Assembly (NCBI GenBank): GCA_002786715.1
Contig: PCTW01000038.1
Span: 206,304 to 270,303 of the forward strand
Reading direction: 5' to 3'
DNA length: 64,000 bases
From: Bdellovibrio sp. CG22_combo_CG10-13_8_21_14_all_39_27
GTDB lineage: Bacteria > Bdellovibrionota > Bacteriovoracia > Bacteriovoracales > Bacteriovoracaceae
Below are positions 62,952-64,000 of the stretch, one piece after another (position 1 is the stretch's first letter; each line of letters begins with the position of its first letter). The translations under genes were made by a program, and so were the position numbers. Below the pieces are notes generated by a model that had not been told where the DNA came from, did no database searches, and saw only the letters and a list, made by a program, of their open reading frames with translations.

Positions 62952-64000
62952 TTATTTTAGTGCTTCTTCAATTTCAAGCGCCGCTGCCCAAGTTGAGAGG
63001 CGGGCGATAATTGAATAGACTGCTTCCTTGCACTGATAATCATTATTTTGTTTAATTTCACTAATACAGTATTTTCTGAAGACAGCGCCTTTGGCATTCA
63101 AGTTGTCAGTTGAGCTGCGCTCTTGATTGGCGCGCATAAAGCCGCCAAGACTTTTTCCACCGACAAGATAGATCGTCACTTCTGCTGGCATATCATCGTA
63201 GCGAATTGCCGTTTCAATTCCTTCTTGAATGATAACGGAGGTAAATTTGATTTTATTTTTGCCCACATCCATCTTGTTGCGTTCACGACGGTTCATTTCA
63301 AGAATTTCTTTTCCTGATTTGACCACCATGATGCCCATGCCATAGGTACCTTGGCTGGCTTTTACAAAGATCGATTTGCCTTCGCCAACTTTGGCGATCA
63401 GTTTATCCACTTCCGCTGCTAATTCTTCAACGCCTTCTTTAGAACTGAAGTCGATATTTTCCTTAGAACTAAATTGAGCTTCGAGCAGTAAAGGATCGAT
63501 TTGAAATTTATCCGCAAAGTTAAGAACCACTTTATTATAAAATGAAAAATGCTTGATCTTCTGACGAGCAAACCAACCAATGAGTGGAGTTGGCACGATT
63601 GGCGTTGTGATTGATTTCCACGGCATTTGTAGCGGAGAAGACTGGTCATTATTTAAAATCGCCACATCGACTTTTGTCTCTCCAGCAAAAAGCTCATTGT
63701 TCACTTCTTTGAGTTGAACAATTTCGACATCATATTGAGATTGAGAAACCAGTGCGAGTTTGGGCGATTCTTGGAACAGTGCCTGATCAGGTGAGGCGAT
63801 AATAACAGTGAAGCCTGCTTCGCGAATAGTTTTACTTAAAATCGCTAAATGATCGAGATAGAAAAGATTTTTGGTGTGCGACTCTGGAATGATAGCAATT
63901 GTCTGTGCATCGCTCTTAAGTGCTTTTATTTGAGTTTTAAATTCTTTGGCACAGGCTTCGAGGTCAAGTGAGCAGACATTATTAAAACCTGCTGGGTACA
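62952..64000 (-). CDS. gshA: Glutamate-cysteine ligase, TIGR02049-like type (5' end outside the window)
   Basis: IFVKASQGTYGMGIMVV is present. My hand translation of the frame upstream of the listed GTG (63704) stays open to position 64000 and reads ...YPAGFNNVCSLDLEA...IIPESHTKNLFYLDH... The family assignment is from memory. Confidence 0.55.
   Translation of the reverse strand, partial: YPAGFNNVCSLDLEACAKEFKTQIKALKSDAQTIAIIPESHTKNLFYLDHLAILSKTIREAGFTVIIASPDQALFQESPKLALVSQSQYDVEIVQLKEVNNELFAGETKVDVAILNNDQSSPLQMPWKSITTPIVPTPLIGWFARQKIKHFSFYNKVVLNFADKFQIDPLLLEAQFSSKENIDFSSKEGVEELAAEVDKLIAKVGEGKSIFVKASQGTYGMGIMVVKSGKEILEMNRRERNKMDVGKNKIKFTSVIIQEGIETAIRYDDMPAEVTIYLVGGKSLGGFMRANQERSSTDNLNAKGAVFRKYCISEIKQNNDYQCKEAVYSIIARLSTWAAALEIEEALK

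Noticed and set aside
1-64000. Search for CRISPR arrays, IS elements, rRNA genes, additional tRNAs, retron/DGR-like repeats or toxin-antitoxin pairs.
   Set aside because: Reading both strands by eye, I saw no regularly spaced direct repeats, no transposase ORFs, no reverse transcriptase and no small paired ORFs. Short or degenerate repeats could easily have been missed without computation.

Overview
This looks like a 64 kb chromosomal segment of a low-GC (about 40% by eye) Gram-negative bacterium. It carries about 55 densely packed protein genes, one tRNA, and no rRNA, CRISPR array or recognisable IS element. Many secreted or lipoprotein ORFs are Cys-rich. These, together with FecR-domain proteins, PrkA, HD-GYP and sigma-54 promoters in front of envelope genes, suggest a Bdellovibrionota or Bacteriovoracaceae-like predator; that taxonomic guess is inference only.

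The core content is housekeeping:
- Central metabolism: pfkA, gpmI, a glutamate dehydrogenase, rpiB and an acyl-CoA dehydrogenase.
- A rhodanese-nadA-cysteine desulfurase operon and parAB.
- Sulfur metabolism: ahcY, cystathionine beta-synthase, cystathionine gamma-lyase and a partial gshA-like gene.
- Peptidases and RNA-modification enzymes.

The notable parts are:
1. An AT-rich mobile-element end at 1-3.3 kb. Its large serine recombinase ORF reads straight through a hairpin and the antisense of tRNA-His.
2. A translationally coupled module at 41.1-45.0 kb: a GT2 polyprenyl-phosphate-type glycosyltransferase, a clearly eukaryote-type UDP-galactopyranose mutase, and a TIGR03663/PMT-like GT-C membrane glycosyltransferase. 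A Ppm1/DPM1-like synthase lies nearby. I read this as a candidate lipid-linked periplasmic glycosylation system (galactofuranose and/or mannose).
3. An apparent operon at 51.0-55.7 kb: a mitochondrial-type Suv3 RNA helicase (with a novel N-terminal region, a Zn-ribbon and an RG-rich tail), a DUF455 di-iron protein and an ATP-grasp ligase.
4. Two near-consensus sigma-54 promoters in front of envelope genes, one with an upstream palindromic candidate activator site.

All calls rest on motif recognition by eye in the supplied translations and sequence. No database search or computation was run.
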